A stretch of DNA of 32,000 nt, taken from the NCBI RefSeq assembly GCF_013177435.1, contig NZ_CP053627.1:2790001-2822000 (forward strand), given 5' to 3'. The DNA is from Xylella taiwanensis (lineage in GTDB: Bacteria > Pseudomonadota > Gammaproteobacteria > Xanthomonadales > Xanthomonadaceae). The notes under the pieces are model-generated. The model saw nothing but the letters and a program-made list of their open reading frames with translations. It had not been told where the DNA came from and made no database searches. A program made the translations under genes and the position numbers. Shown piece by piece: positions 10,538 through 19,226 of this stretch (position 1 is its first letter; every line of letters begins with the position of its first letter).

Positions 10538-11867
10538 ATCTGAGACACACCCACGTTCGACAGGGCGGCACGCGCGCTACCGGCGCCGGTTGAGAAGCCG
10601 AATCATTTTGTCCTTCTTATTGCTTGGCTTTGCACTGACTTCACTGTTTGCATTTGCCACAAATTGGGCGCGCGCGCGCGTAGAAAACCAGCTCGTTGAA
10701 GAATTGATGAATCGCAACATCGACGAGTATGCCAAACGCTACTACATCGACCCATCGCATAGCCCAGATCTGCCAGTACAGCAGATGAAAGCCTTCTACT
10801 ATCCACGTGATAAATTTGACCGCGTCAGGTTAGAACGCCCTGATTGGGCAGCACTTCCCAATGGCAATCACAATGTGATCGGCCTAGACAATACCGGAAA
10901 ACTATTTGCGTATTATAAACTCGCGGTACGCAAAGCTGATGATGCTTGGTTTTTTTTGGCCTACGACATGACGGAGGCTATACGTGGTGAGCGACAGCTC
11001 AAACGTGCCTTATACATTTCTGTGTTGGTATTCAGTGGGCTGTCCCTGCTTATCGGATGGTGGTCGGCCTCGAAAGTGATGAAACCGGTTTCAGACTTAG
11101 CGACGCTGCTACGTACTTATCGTGGTCAAACCACTAATCCAAAACCCCTCGCCCCCCACTTTCCAGATGATGAAGTCGGTGAGCTTGCCCGCGCATTGGA
11201 CGATTATTCGAGTCGGCTCACTGAGGTAGTACAAAGAGATCGTGAATTCAACGCAGACGTCAGTCACGAATTGCGTACACCACTGGCTGTCATCCGGGGT
11301 GCAACTGAACTGTTACTCACCAAACCCGAACTGGATCCGAAGATCCAACAACGTATCCAACGTATCCAACGCGCTGAACAGCAATGCAGCGACCTGATCG
11401 GCGCGTTGTTGTTGCTTTCGCGCAACGAACGCGGTCATGGAAGCAGCAATGTCGCCAAGGTTGCTGAACAGTTACTGGATTCGCATCGCGCCCAGCTCGG
11501 CGGCAAACGAATCGAACTCATTTTGGAGGGTAAACGTGATCTAACGGTGAATGTACCGGAATCCGCACTGTCAGTGGCATTGGGAAATCTGATTGGCAAC
11601 GCAGTCAAGTACACCCTTGAAGGACGAGTCATGGTGCGAGTGCTTGAAGAAGCGGTTGAAATACAGGATACGGGGCCTGGCCTCAGCGAACAGGACGCCG
11701 CCAAACTGTTCCAACGTGGGTATCGCGGTACCCACGCAGGACACTCGCAAGGTGGTGGTATTGGGCTATCGATAGTAAGCCGATTATGTGACTTGTACGG
11801 TTGGAAAGTCAGCGTGCGGCCAGGAGACACGTGTGGAGTCATTGCTATGTTACGTTTCTTTAAATAA
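10530..11867 (+). CDS. Membrane sensor histidine kinase, partner of the preceding regulator
   Basis: ATG at 10530 overlaps the regulator's TGA (ATGCCTGA). There are two TM segments (IILSFLLLGFALTSLFAFA; LYISVLVFSGLSLLIGWW) flanking a roughly 120-aa periplasmic loop. The kinase boxes are H (VSHELRTPLAVIRG), N (LGNLIGNAVKY), G1 (IQDTGPGL) and G2 (GGIGLSIV). Confidence 0.88.
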   Translation: MPESETHPRSTGRHARYRRRLRSRIILSFLLLGFALTSLFAFATNWARARVENQLVEELMNRNIDEYAKRYYIDPSHSPDLPVQQMKAFYYPRDKFDRVRLERPDWAALPNGNHNVIGLDNTGKLFAYYKLAVRKADDAWFFLAYDMTEAIRGERQLKRALYISVLVFSGLSLLIGWWSASKVMKPVSDLATLLRTYRGQTTNPKPLAPHFPDDEVGELARALDDYSSRLTEVVQRDREFNADVSHELRTPLAVIRGATELLLTKPELDPKIQQRIQRIQRAEQQCSDLIGALLLLSRNERGHGSSNVAKVAEQLLDSHRAQLGGKRIELILEGKRDLTVNVPESALSVALGNLIGNAVKYTLEGRVMVRVLEEAVEIQDTGPGLSEQDAAKLFQRGYRGTHAGHSQGGGIGLSIVSRLCDLYGWKVSVRPGDTCGVIAMLRFFK

Positions 11868-12165
11868 CCCAATATCAAACTCACCCACTTTACTGACCAA
11901 CAGTTAAAAACATTTAGAGTAAGCAAGAACTATTAACGCTATCCATCAGTGGATCGAATCTACCCATACATTCATAGATTCGTATAACACTCTATTTTCC
12001 ACATCGGACCGGTAATTTGTGCATCTCCAATCTGGGGTTCATGCGTTCAGTACTCTATGTGACGGATAACAACCACACATCACATCCACTACCAAAACCT
12101 TTTAACAAGTGACACACAATTTATATTTGATCATCCCAATGATGAGTTGATGCCTCTCGGTAATG

Positions 12166-12801
12166 CTAACAACCTATCTGATCAACACTCGGAAAAGCAG
12201 AAGCAAGAACGCGATAGCGCGCATCCAATTTGGATACCTGCCCGCCTAAATGGGCGGGATCTCCATCGTTAACCACAACATCATCAGCTATAGCTAAGCG
12301 CGCTCTGCGTCCAGTCTGAGCCGCAATCATCAAGGACGCCAACTCAGAGTCAATCCCATCACGCTGCATCAGCCGTGCATGTTGTACTTCCGGTATGACA
12401 TCTACAACCAGAATACGCTGCAACCAAGGGTATCCGATGCGGCCACCAGCCTCGGCCAAGAGTGGAATGACAACAAGCACATATGGACCTGTTGCTGCCA
12501 CAGCAGCCTGTCTCAACCGCGCCCGGACCACCGGATGGACAATAGATTCCAACGCGCTGCGCTCAGCCGCATCGGCGAACACACGCTGGCGCAAACAACG
12601 ACGATCAAGCCGACCATCAACCTGCAGGATCTGACTGCCAAACCTGGCAACGATGCAATCGAGCAGTGGACCAGGCTCAACCACTTGGCGCGCAATTGTA
12701 TCTGCATCAACAACAGTCGTGCTCAACGCTTCGAACATCTGCGCGAGTGTGCTTTTGCCGCAAGCAATACCTCCAGTGAGACCAACCGCATAGGCACTCA
12801 T
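12166..12801 (-). CDS. coaE: Dephospho-CoA kinase
   Basis: ORF 12166..13020 (-). The start is at MSAYAVGLTGGIACGKST (ATG at 12799-12801), giving 211 aa with a P-loop at the extreme N-terminus, as in CoaE. It begins 11 nt after the pilD stop, the classic pilD-coaE linkage. Confidence 0.9.
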   Translation of the reverse strand: MSAYAVGLTGGIACGKSTLAQMFEALSTTVVDADTIARQVVEPGPLLDCIVARFGSQILQVDGRLDRRCLRQRVFADAAERSALESIVHPVVRARLRQAAVAATGPYVLVVIPLLAEAGGRIGYPWLQRILVVDVIPEVQHARLMQRDGIDSELASLMIAAQTGRRARLAIADDVVVNDGDPAHLGGQVSKLDARYRVLASAFPSVDQIGC

Positions 12802-12812
12802 CAAGTCCAACC

Positions 12813-13676
12813 TCACCGGATACTGAATAACTCCAGATAGGTATTGATGATCTGATCGCCGAAAAAGAACACGATCCACCCACCGATTGCCAGATATGGT
12901 CCAAATGGGATCATCGTCGTGCGATTGTGGCCACGCCCAACAAGCCACATTGAACCCAACACCACCCCAGCCAGTGACGAAATCAAAATGATCGAGAGAA
13001 TACCCTTCAACCCACACCATGCGCCAAGCGCGGCTAGCATCTTGAAGTCACCGTTGCCCATACCCTCCTTGTTACAGATCAGTTTGAACAACGCAGCCAC
13101 AGTCCACAGGGATAAATAACCGACTGCCGCCCCTAACAACGCAGGTTTGGCTGGCATAAATAGGTGATCCATCGATCCGATCAAACCCAGCCACATGAGC
13201 GTCAACGTTAATTGGTCAGGCAACAGCCGAGTACGCAAATCGATCCCAGCCAACACGACCAGGAAACAACTGAACACAATTGCCCCAAAACCTTGCCAAC
13301 CGAATCCAAAACGCCAAACGCTGGCCAGCACCAGCACGCAAGTCAGCAATTCGACCAACGGATACTGCAATGAGAGCGGATTGCCACTGTAACGAGAGCG
13401 TCCACGTAGCAACAGCCAACTAAGCACTGGGATGTTTTCCCACCACTTCAGCCGATCACCAGTCACTGGATCGTGGGAAGGCTCGACCACAATTCCCGGT
13501 GGCGGCGGATCATAAATGTCTGGAATCTCCAGGATTTCGCGCGCGTCCCGCTTCCATTGCCATTCCAAACGCCGGGGCAAACGTAAGATCACCACATTGA
13601 GAAAACTACCAAACAACAATCCCAGACCGGCCGCGACGGGATAGCCAAGACCGGGATGCTGGTCGAGAAATGCCAT
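12813..13676 (-). CDS. pilD: Type IV prepilin peptidase / N-methyltransferase (A24 family)
   Basis: 287-aa polytopic membrane ORF with the two catalytic Asp contexts (AGIDLRTRLLPD and GMGNGDFKMLAALG). It sits between pilC and coaE. Confidence 0.93.
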   Translation of the reverse strand: MAFLDQHPGLGYPVAAGLGLLFGSFLNVVILRLPRRLEWQWKRDAREILEIPDIYDPPPPGIVVEPSHDPVTGDRLKWWENIPVLSWLLLRGRSRYSGNPLSLQYPLVELLTCVLVLASVWRFGFGWQGFGAIVFSCFLVVLAGIDLRTRLLPDQLTLTLMWLGLIGSMDHLFMPAKPALLGAAVGYLSLWTVAALFKLICNKEGMGNGDFKMLAALGAWCGLKGILSIILISSLAGVVLGSMWLVGRGHNRTTMIPFGPYLAIGGWIVFFFGDQIINTYLELFSIR

Positions 13677-13682
13677 AACGTT

Positions 13683-14945
13683 TTATCCAACTACAGAAGC
13701 AAGCTTGAAGATCGGCAAATACATAGCAATGACCATGCCGCCGACGATAACACCAATAAAAACCATGATCAGCGGTTCCAACAAGCTGCTGAGCCCGTCC
13801 ACCGCGTTACCGACTTCCTGTTCGTAGTATTCGGCAACTTTAAATAGCATTGCATCCAGAGCGCCTGCTTCCTCACCAATGGCAGTCATCTGCACCACCA
13901 TATGGGGGAATAAACCAACTTGCCTCATTGCCATATTTATCGCATAGCCAACAGAGACATCATCACGCATCCGTAGCACGGCATCCGCGTAGACCTTATT
14001 GCCGGTTGCACCAGCAACAATACCCAATGCCTCTACCAGTGGCACACCTGCACGGAAAGTAACGGCTGTCGTTCGCGAGAAACGAGCAAGTGCGCTGTTA
14101 TGCATGATCCTCCCGATTATTGGGAACCGCAACACCAACCTATCTAGCATGTGCTGCATGTACACCGAGCGCTTGTAAGTAAAGATGGCACCACCGATAA
14201 CAACAATCAGCAACACCAGCATGACCCACCACCACTGCTGCATGAATTTGGAAATATTGACGATCATCTGAGTGAATGCGGGCAACTCCGCTCCGAATCC
14301 TTTGAACACATCCTCAAACTGCGGCACCACATATACCAACAAGACCGAACTGACAATGAGAGCAACCGAGACGACAGCAGCAGGATAGAACAACGCCTTA
14401 CGGATTTTACTCTTCAGAGCCTCGATGTTCTCCTTATAACTGGCAATCGTATCGAGCACCGTCTCCAGCACACCCGCACGCTCACCCGCCCTGACCAGAT
14501 TGCGATACAGCTCATCGAAATGCACCGGATGCTTGCTGATTGCCTCGTACAGTGAGGAACCACCTTCAATATCATTTTTAATTTGGTTGACCATCGTACG
14601 CATACGCGGATTCTTCTGGCCGTTCACCAGGATATCCAACGCTCCGACAATAGGGACCCCAGCTTTCATCATCGTTGCCATCTGGCGACTAAAAAAGGCA
14701 ATGTCCTTTGCAGTAATCCGCCTGCCTGCTTGACCAAACAGCGGCTTGGGCTTGGGTCTGACCACATGAGGGGTGATGCCTTGGCGACGTAGCTCAGCAC
14801 GCAACAGACTCGCCGTACGTGCCGTCTGTTCTCCCTTGATCTTGATACCACGCTTGTCAGTTCCTTCCCAAAGGAAGGAGGTCAACGGCGTGCTGGGACT
14901 CCCAGCACGCGAGGCATTTACAGCAGTACGTGTTGCAAAGATCAA
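13683..14945 (-). CDS. pilC: Type IV pilus inner-membrane platform protein (GspF/PilC family)
   Basis: The maximal ORF is 13683..15011 (442 aa). The sequence is PilC-like (FLWEGTDKRGIKIKGE..., two GspF repeats, C-terminal LPIFKL). The ATG at 15011 lacks an RBS. The TTG at 14943-14945 follows GGGAGA by 6 nt and gives a 420-aa product, so I prefer it; the start is uncertain. Confidence 0.9.
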   Translation of the reverse strand: MIFATRTAVNASRAGSPSTPLTSFLWEGTDKRGIKIKGEQTARTASLLRAELRRQGITPHVVRPKPKPLFGQAGRRITAKDIAFFSRQMATMMKAGVPIVGALDILVNGQKNPRMRTMVNQIKNDIEGGSSLYEAISKHPVHFDELYRNLVRAGERAGVLETVLDTIASYKENIEALKSKIRKALFYPAAVVSVALIVSSVLLVYVVPQFEDVFKGFGAELPAFTQMIVNISKFMQQWWWVMLVLLIVVIGGAIFTYKRSVYMQHMLDRLVLRFPIIGRIMHNSALARFSRTTAVTFRAGVPLVEALGIVAGATGNKVYADAVLRMRDDVSVGYAINMAMRQVGLFPHMVVQMTAIGEEAGALDAMLFKVAEYYEQEVGNAVDGLSSLLEPLIMVFIGVIVGGMVIAMYLPIFKLASVVG

Positions 14946-15325
14946 CTCTGTTCTCCCATCCACCGTCCCCAAGCGGACCGATGACGCATGGTAGCTGGTT
15001 CTTGAAAACATGGCAGCAAAATCTGGAAACTCCTGATCAATAGCTCCATTTACGTTCTTAATTAAAATGCCCAGCTTTTAGGAAGTGACGCTAAATGACA
15101 CATATTGACCATTTACGTCCCCTCGAATAACGGATCGCAATTCTTAAAAAAATGCCTGCCAAAATTTATTCATTCAGGCATCATCCTTTCGGAATGAAGT
15201 GTATTGTTTTATCGGAATCTAGTTCGTATTTCCAGTTTAAATAACAGCGCCGCAATAAACGGCTGCCTATGAGTTTTCTTCATCCATACGCTTAATCAGT
15301 AACCGAACTTATTAAAGGTATACAC

Positions 15326-15781
15326 ATGAAAAAGCAACAAGGTTTTAACTTGATCGAACTGATGATCGTGATTGCGATCATTGCCATCCTGGCGGCCATT
15401 GCTCTGCCCATGTACCAGAATTATGTCGCCAGGGCTCAAGTCACGGCGGCACTGGCCGAGATTACGCCAGGCAGAGCACAAGCCGAAGTCCGTATTACTG
15501 ATGGAGTAGCTGCAACCAATCTTCCGAACGATATCGGTCTGCGCAACACCACCTCTCGTTGCGGCATTACCGTCACTATCGATCCCGCTAAAACAAGTAC
15601 AATCGTATGCACGATTATTGGCAATGCTCAGGTCAACGGTCAAACCATCACGTTGACTCGTACCCCCGATACAGCTGGAGGCAATGCTACTGGGGGTGTG
15701 TGGACTTGCACCACTAGCGTTGCTGCCGCGTTGAGACCAGCAGGCTGTACTGCTCCTGCTACTACTAGTACTGGTACTTAA
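15326..15781 (+). CDS. pilA: Type IVa pilin, pilC-proximal paralog (151 aa)
   Basis: Class III signal MKKQQG|[29 protein letters not shown] with Gly-1, Phe+1 and Glu+5. It has four Cys (two predicted disulfides) and a Ser/Thr-rich tail, [11 protein letters not shown]. The RBS is AAAGG and the gene is divergent from pilC. Confidence 0.93.
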   Translation: MKKQQGFNLIELMIVIAIIAILAAIALPMYQNYVARAQVTAALAEITPGRAQAEVRITDGVAATNLPNDIGLRNTTSRCGITVTIDPAKTSTIVCTIIGNAQVNGQTITLTRTPDTAGGNATGGVWTCTTSVAAALRPAGCTAPATTSTGT

Positions 15782-15801
15782 CGTGGGCAGTAAGGCGATC
15801 A

Positions 15802-15866
15802 ATGGCTAATATCCGCGTTCTCCTAACGTGATCAAATCAATGAGAAGCCCGCCTTCATGGCGGGCC
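15802..15866 (+). repeat. Conserved pilin 3' module, copy 1 (small hairpin plus terminator stem)
   Basis: About 65 bp, closely similar to 19724-19790. Both copies contain GTTCTCCTAACGTGATC and GATGAGAAGCCCGCC..GGCGGGC. Confidence 0.75.
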
Positions 15867-15870
15867 TTCC
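15847..15870 (+). terminator. Terminator hairpin after the first pilA
   Basis: GCCCGCC (15847-15853) pairs with GGCGGGC (15859-15865) around the loop TTCAT, followed by CTTCC. The U-tract is poor. Confidence 0.55.
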
Positions 15871-17497
15871 AGTAGTAACCCTATAAGGTATCAGCGTTAT
15901 ACTAAGCTAACACTTTAAAACGGAATACTACTTTTAAAGGCACCTGAAGCTTTTTTATTCTGAATTATATTAATACATGATAGATGGGATCTAACGAAGC
16001 ATTCCTTTAAATTTAGATAAGTATTATTTTTGTGACTTTTTTCACACTCTTATCCAAAAAGAATCGCAAAAATATTTAGAATAAACTCTCTTTTTGTTCG
16101 CAATACCAATACTCATTCGATCCGAAAAAAGCAGTCACCCATCAATGAGCGTATCCGAAAGCATACAAGCCATTGAGGAGGGGCTATATCGGTGCTATTA
16201 AACATCAGCACACCACGCCATGTGGACGCTTAACAAATATAAATGAACCCCACCCTTCCATTAAGATTCCAAGAACAATAAGTAATCAGCTGAAACACTC
16301 CATTTTGGTTCACGCGACATCCTAAAATTTATCCTTCTGCACCCTCATCCTCTATTCAGCATGGTGAAACACTTACCATCTCCCCTCCAGGATGATTAGG
16401 AACGGGAGAAGTGGGATTTTCTCCCCACTTGAACGGATAAAAAGTCCATCGACACCTCCCATGTCACTCCCAATCAGATCATCACCACACTCCAACAGGT
16501 CGAAAACCACGCACAGGTGACAACAACGATAGCGTCAGCAAACTCTCAGTTCAGCCACGTTCTACACCCCGCGCACCCCACCCAAGCAACATAGCTACTC
16601 GACCGAAGAAGTGGAATCGGTAACTTGAAAGATGTCGCCCAGATCCGACTCAACGCCCGCCTGCCTGATGAAAGAGACGATGGCAAAAAATGGCGATGCC
16701 TACTCAACCTCGGAAAACAATCAAATGTGCCATTGACAACAATCAATCGCACCCGTTACAGCGTCGAGATCAATTAAAAACTGGTATCGCCATCAGGAAA
16801 AAATCAGCAAGCAAAATGACCAGAGTGCCAATGGATGAATACTCTTGACCACGGCTCACCAAATTGAAAATTGGAGCCATGTTGACTGCACCTTTATAAC
16901 GTGAAGGAGAGAAGCCAGACATCACCGCGTCAAATGTATCTGCTCTACCTAAAGGTGAAGTTTGACACGCAGATCGAACCTAAAATACGGATGATTTAGA
17001 AGAAATCCAGAACAGTGGGCAGCGCCTGAGACGCTGCGTCTAACATTGCGGATCGACTTCATGCACCTCCAGCTCGGCAACGCATGCTGCTTCCAGCGGT
17101 TCAACGTACTAGAAGACCGCAATCGCGAAAGCCTGGCAATCGGGTCACTATCCTCGGCCTGTACCACACATCTCCTGGGACAAATCATCCACTGATGCGG
17201 ACATCGGGCCCCCGGCAGTCAAAGATAATCCGCCGAGAAAACGCCACGGAATACCTCTGAATGCTGGACATCTGAAAGCAACACAACGTCATCAAGCGCG
17301 ACAAGCCCACCGTTACCGACAGTCGAAATTGGCCAGCACCTGTTTTACATCCATCGAACAAGAGTAAGACACCACACCCTGCTACCTCTGGAGATACCGC
17401 CATCTGCACTCAGCCTCATCGCCTGCCCACGTAGCAGTCGACGTTAATCACCTCATGCCACGATTGGAGCGACCGCTAAAAATCGGAAATGACACCA

Positions 17498-17516
17498 CCC
17501 TGACCCCATCCCACCC
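17498..17516 (-). other. Canonical G-quadruplex motif on the minus strand
   Basis: The plus strand reads CCC TGA CCCC AT CCC A CCC, so the minus strand reads GGGTGGGATGGGGTCAGGG. That is four G-tracts of at least 3 with loops of 1-3 nt. I found no other four-tract motif when scanning the window by eye. Confidence 0.6.
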
Positions 17517-18403
17517 ATTGCATTCACATTTTGCTCCACCGATGCAGCCAGCGTTGCCAAAGCTCTTTCAATACAACCGTCTCAGGCTATCACTCCTCCA
17601 GAATTCCTCTAGAAAACAGCGCTCTAACCTGCAAGAACATGCCCTCCAGGCACTGATAAATGTCCCCTGTGATCCCAAAGCATTGCAGTGACCTCAAAGT
17701 ACACATCCTAGACGCAGCGATGCCCCATATGCCGCTTCGTTGGAACACAACAACAGCACGCGTGATCGCCGCGCAACCTTCAGAGAAGCAAAGACAAGCA
17801 ACCCCTTTTCGGGATCGAACCGCAGCTTGGGTTCAATACGCCCCCGGAAGCGAACATGTTACTGGCACTACATGCGATCAGCACTCGAAAACGAACACAC
17901 CGCAGTTGCCACGATTGGCAACATTGCGAGCCTGACCCAAACCTTTCATTGACCGCATCGTTGACAACAACAATAGGTTACCAAGGCCCCAAACACGGCG
18001 GTGGATCAACGCTGCACCCTCACCATACAGATAGGCATTGAGACTTCCCCTGAAGTGACCCTGTACGCCAGTGCCCATGACCAAGTGCGTTCCATCGTTT
18101 CCCTGCACGTGCAGCACGCTGCACAAACAGGCAACTCAATCAAACGAAGGCAAGCGATTGTTATCAATGCTAACATAACCCCTTGAGAGGCGATATGCTC
18201 TGCCAAGCCGCCGTTTGATGGGGCCGTCCTCGAGATCCGTTGCCATCCCAGCAGCGGCATTATTTGGAACAATTCTCATTTATTCCGTGACATGTGGAAA
18301 AATAACAGTAGATACTCACCTAATACAGCATTTTGCAAACACTCTCTCCCAAGAAACAATAGGAGTCACACATCAAATTAATTATTGACTTTTATCTGAT
18401 ATT

Positions 18404-18420
18404 TGGCATGCCTCCTGCTT
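18404..18420 (+). promoter_or_regulatory. Sigma-54 (-24/-12) promoter of the second pilin
   Basis: TGGCAT-GCCTC-CTGCT against the consensus TGGCAC-N5-TTGCW. GG and GC have the correct spacing, and the site lies about 60 nt upstream of the ATG at 18481. The sigma-54 activator PilR is encoded in this window. Confidence 0.7.
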
Positions 18421-18480
18421 AACCCATCTTTTCAATACTGGACAAAATGTTCATTAACGCTAACAAAGGAAGGATTCATC

Positions 18481-19023
18481 ATGAAACAGCAGGAAGGTTT
18501 TACTTTGATCGAACTGATGATCGTGATGGCGATCATTGCCATCCTGGCCACCATCGCTCTGCCCATGTACCAACATTACGTCGCCAAATCTCAAGTCACG
18601 GCGGCACTGGCCGACATCACACCAGGCAAGACACAAACCGAGGCACGTATTGCCAATGGAATGCCGCGCACCATGCTTCCCAATGATCTTGATCTGCGTG
18701 CCACCACGACTCATTGCCATCACATTGATGTCATTGTCGATTCAACGAACACCTGGTTCAGAACCTGGGATTCGTTAAACCCTCGTCATTCCAGTTCCAG
18801 AATCACTTGTACGATTCATGGCAATGCTCAGGTCAACAATAAAATCATCGAATGGATGCGTCTCCCCGAAGTTCCGGACTTCTCTATTGAGGGCGGCCTC
18901 TTTGATGACAATGACAATAATTTGAATGGGCAATGGTTCTGCCTCACCAACGTTGACAAAGCATTGAGACCCCCAGGCTGTGAGGACTCTTTACCCAGGA
19001 TCTGGACGCCCCAGGGCTCGTGA
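18481..19023 (+). CDS. Type IVa pilin, divergent and longer paralog (180 aa)
   Basis: ORF 18403..19023. The true start is ATG at 18481 after AAGGAAGGA. The leader reads MKQQEG|[29 protein letters not shown]. It has four Cys and extra segments relative to the other paralogs ([19 protein letters not shown]; [23 protein letters not shown]). Confidence 0.88.
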   Translation: MKQQEGFTLIELMIVMAIIAILATIALPMYQHYVAKSQVTAALADITPGKTQTEARIANGMPRTMLPNDLDLRATTTHCHHIDVIVDSTNTWFRTWDSLNPRHSSSRITCTIHGNAQVNNKIIEWMRLPEVPDFSIEGGLFDDNDNNLNGQWFCLTNVDKALRPPGCEDSLPRIWTPQGS

Positions 19024-19138
19024 TAGATGTCGCATAACGGCAAATACTGACCCAATACGGCACTTTGAAAACACTCACTCCCCCCAAAAATAATGTGCGA
19101 CCAGCATCAATCTCTTTTTTTGATATTAATCACATAAT

Positions 19139-19155
19139 TGGCACGCCTCCTGCTT
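19139..19155 (+). promoter_or_regulatory. Sigma-54 (-24/-12) promoter of the third pilin
   Basis: TGGCAC-GCCTC-CTGCT, with a perfect -24 element. It lies about 70 nt upstream of the ATG at 19227. Confidence 0.75.
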
Positions 19156-19226
19156 AAGTCATCTTGCCAGTACTGGACAACACGTCCAGCAACGCTGGAT
19201 TTCTCACCAACGCTTAAGGATTCATC

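Noticed and set aside
11435-11926. 163-aa minus-strand ORF overlapping the 3' end of the histidine kinase gene
   Set aside because: Antisense to the conserved HATPase domain. It is Ser/Pro/Arg-rich with no independent support.
15012-15325. Sigma-54 promoter for the first pilA (candidates TGGCAG-CAAAA-TCTGG at 15010-15025 and AGGCAT-CATCC-TTTCG at 15176-15191)
   Set aside because: Both lack the essential -12 GC dinucleotide at the right spacing, and the first overlaps the pilC start about 300 nt from pilA. I report this as an absence rather than a feature.
15296-15802. 168-aa minus-strand ORF covering the first pilA, and similar antisense ORFs over the other pilins
   Set aside because: The plus-strand reading gives textbook pilins. 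The antisense products are low-complexity and recur only because the pilin DNA is duplicated.
15802-15831. Tiny conserved ORF after the pilins (MANIRVLLT* at 15802-15831 and MVNVHVLLT* at 19724-19753)
   Set aside because: All three nucleotide differences between the copies are non-synonymous, and only copy 1 has an RBS-like sequence. Conservation is better explained at the DNA/RNA level (hairpin plus duplication edge).
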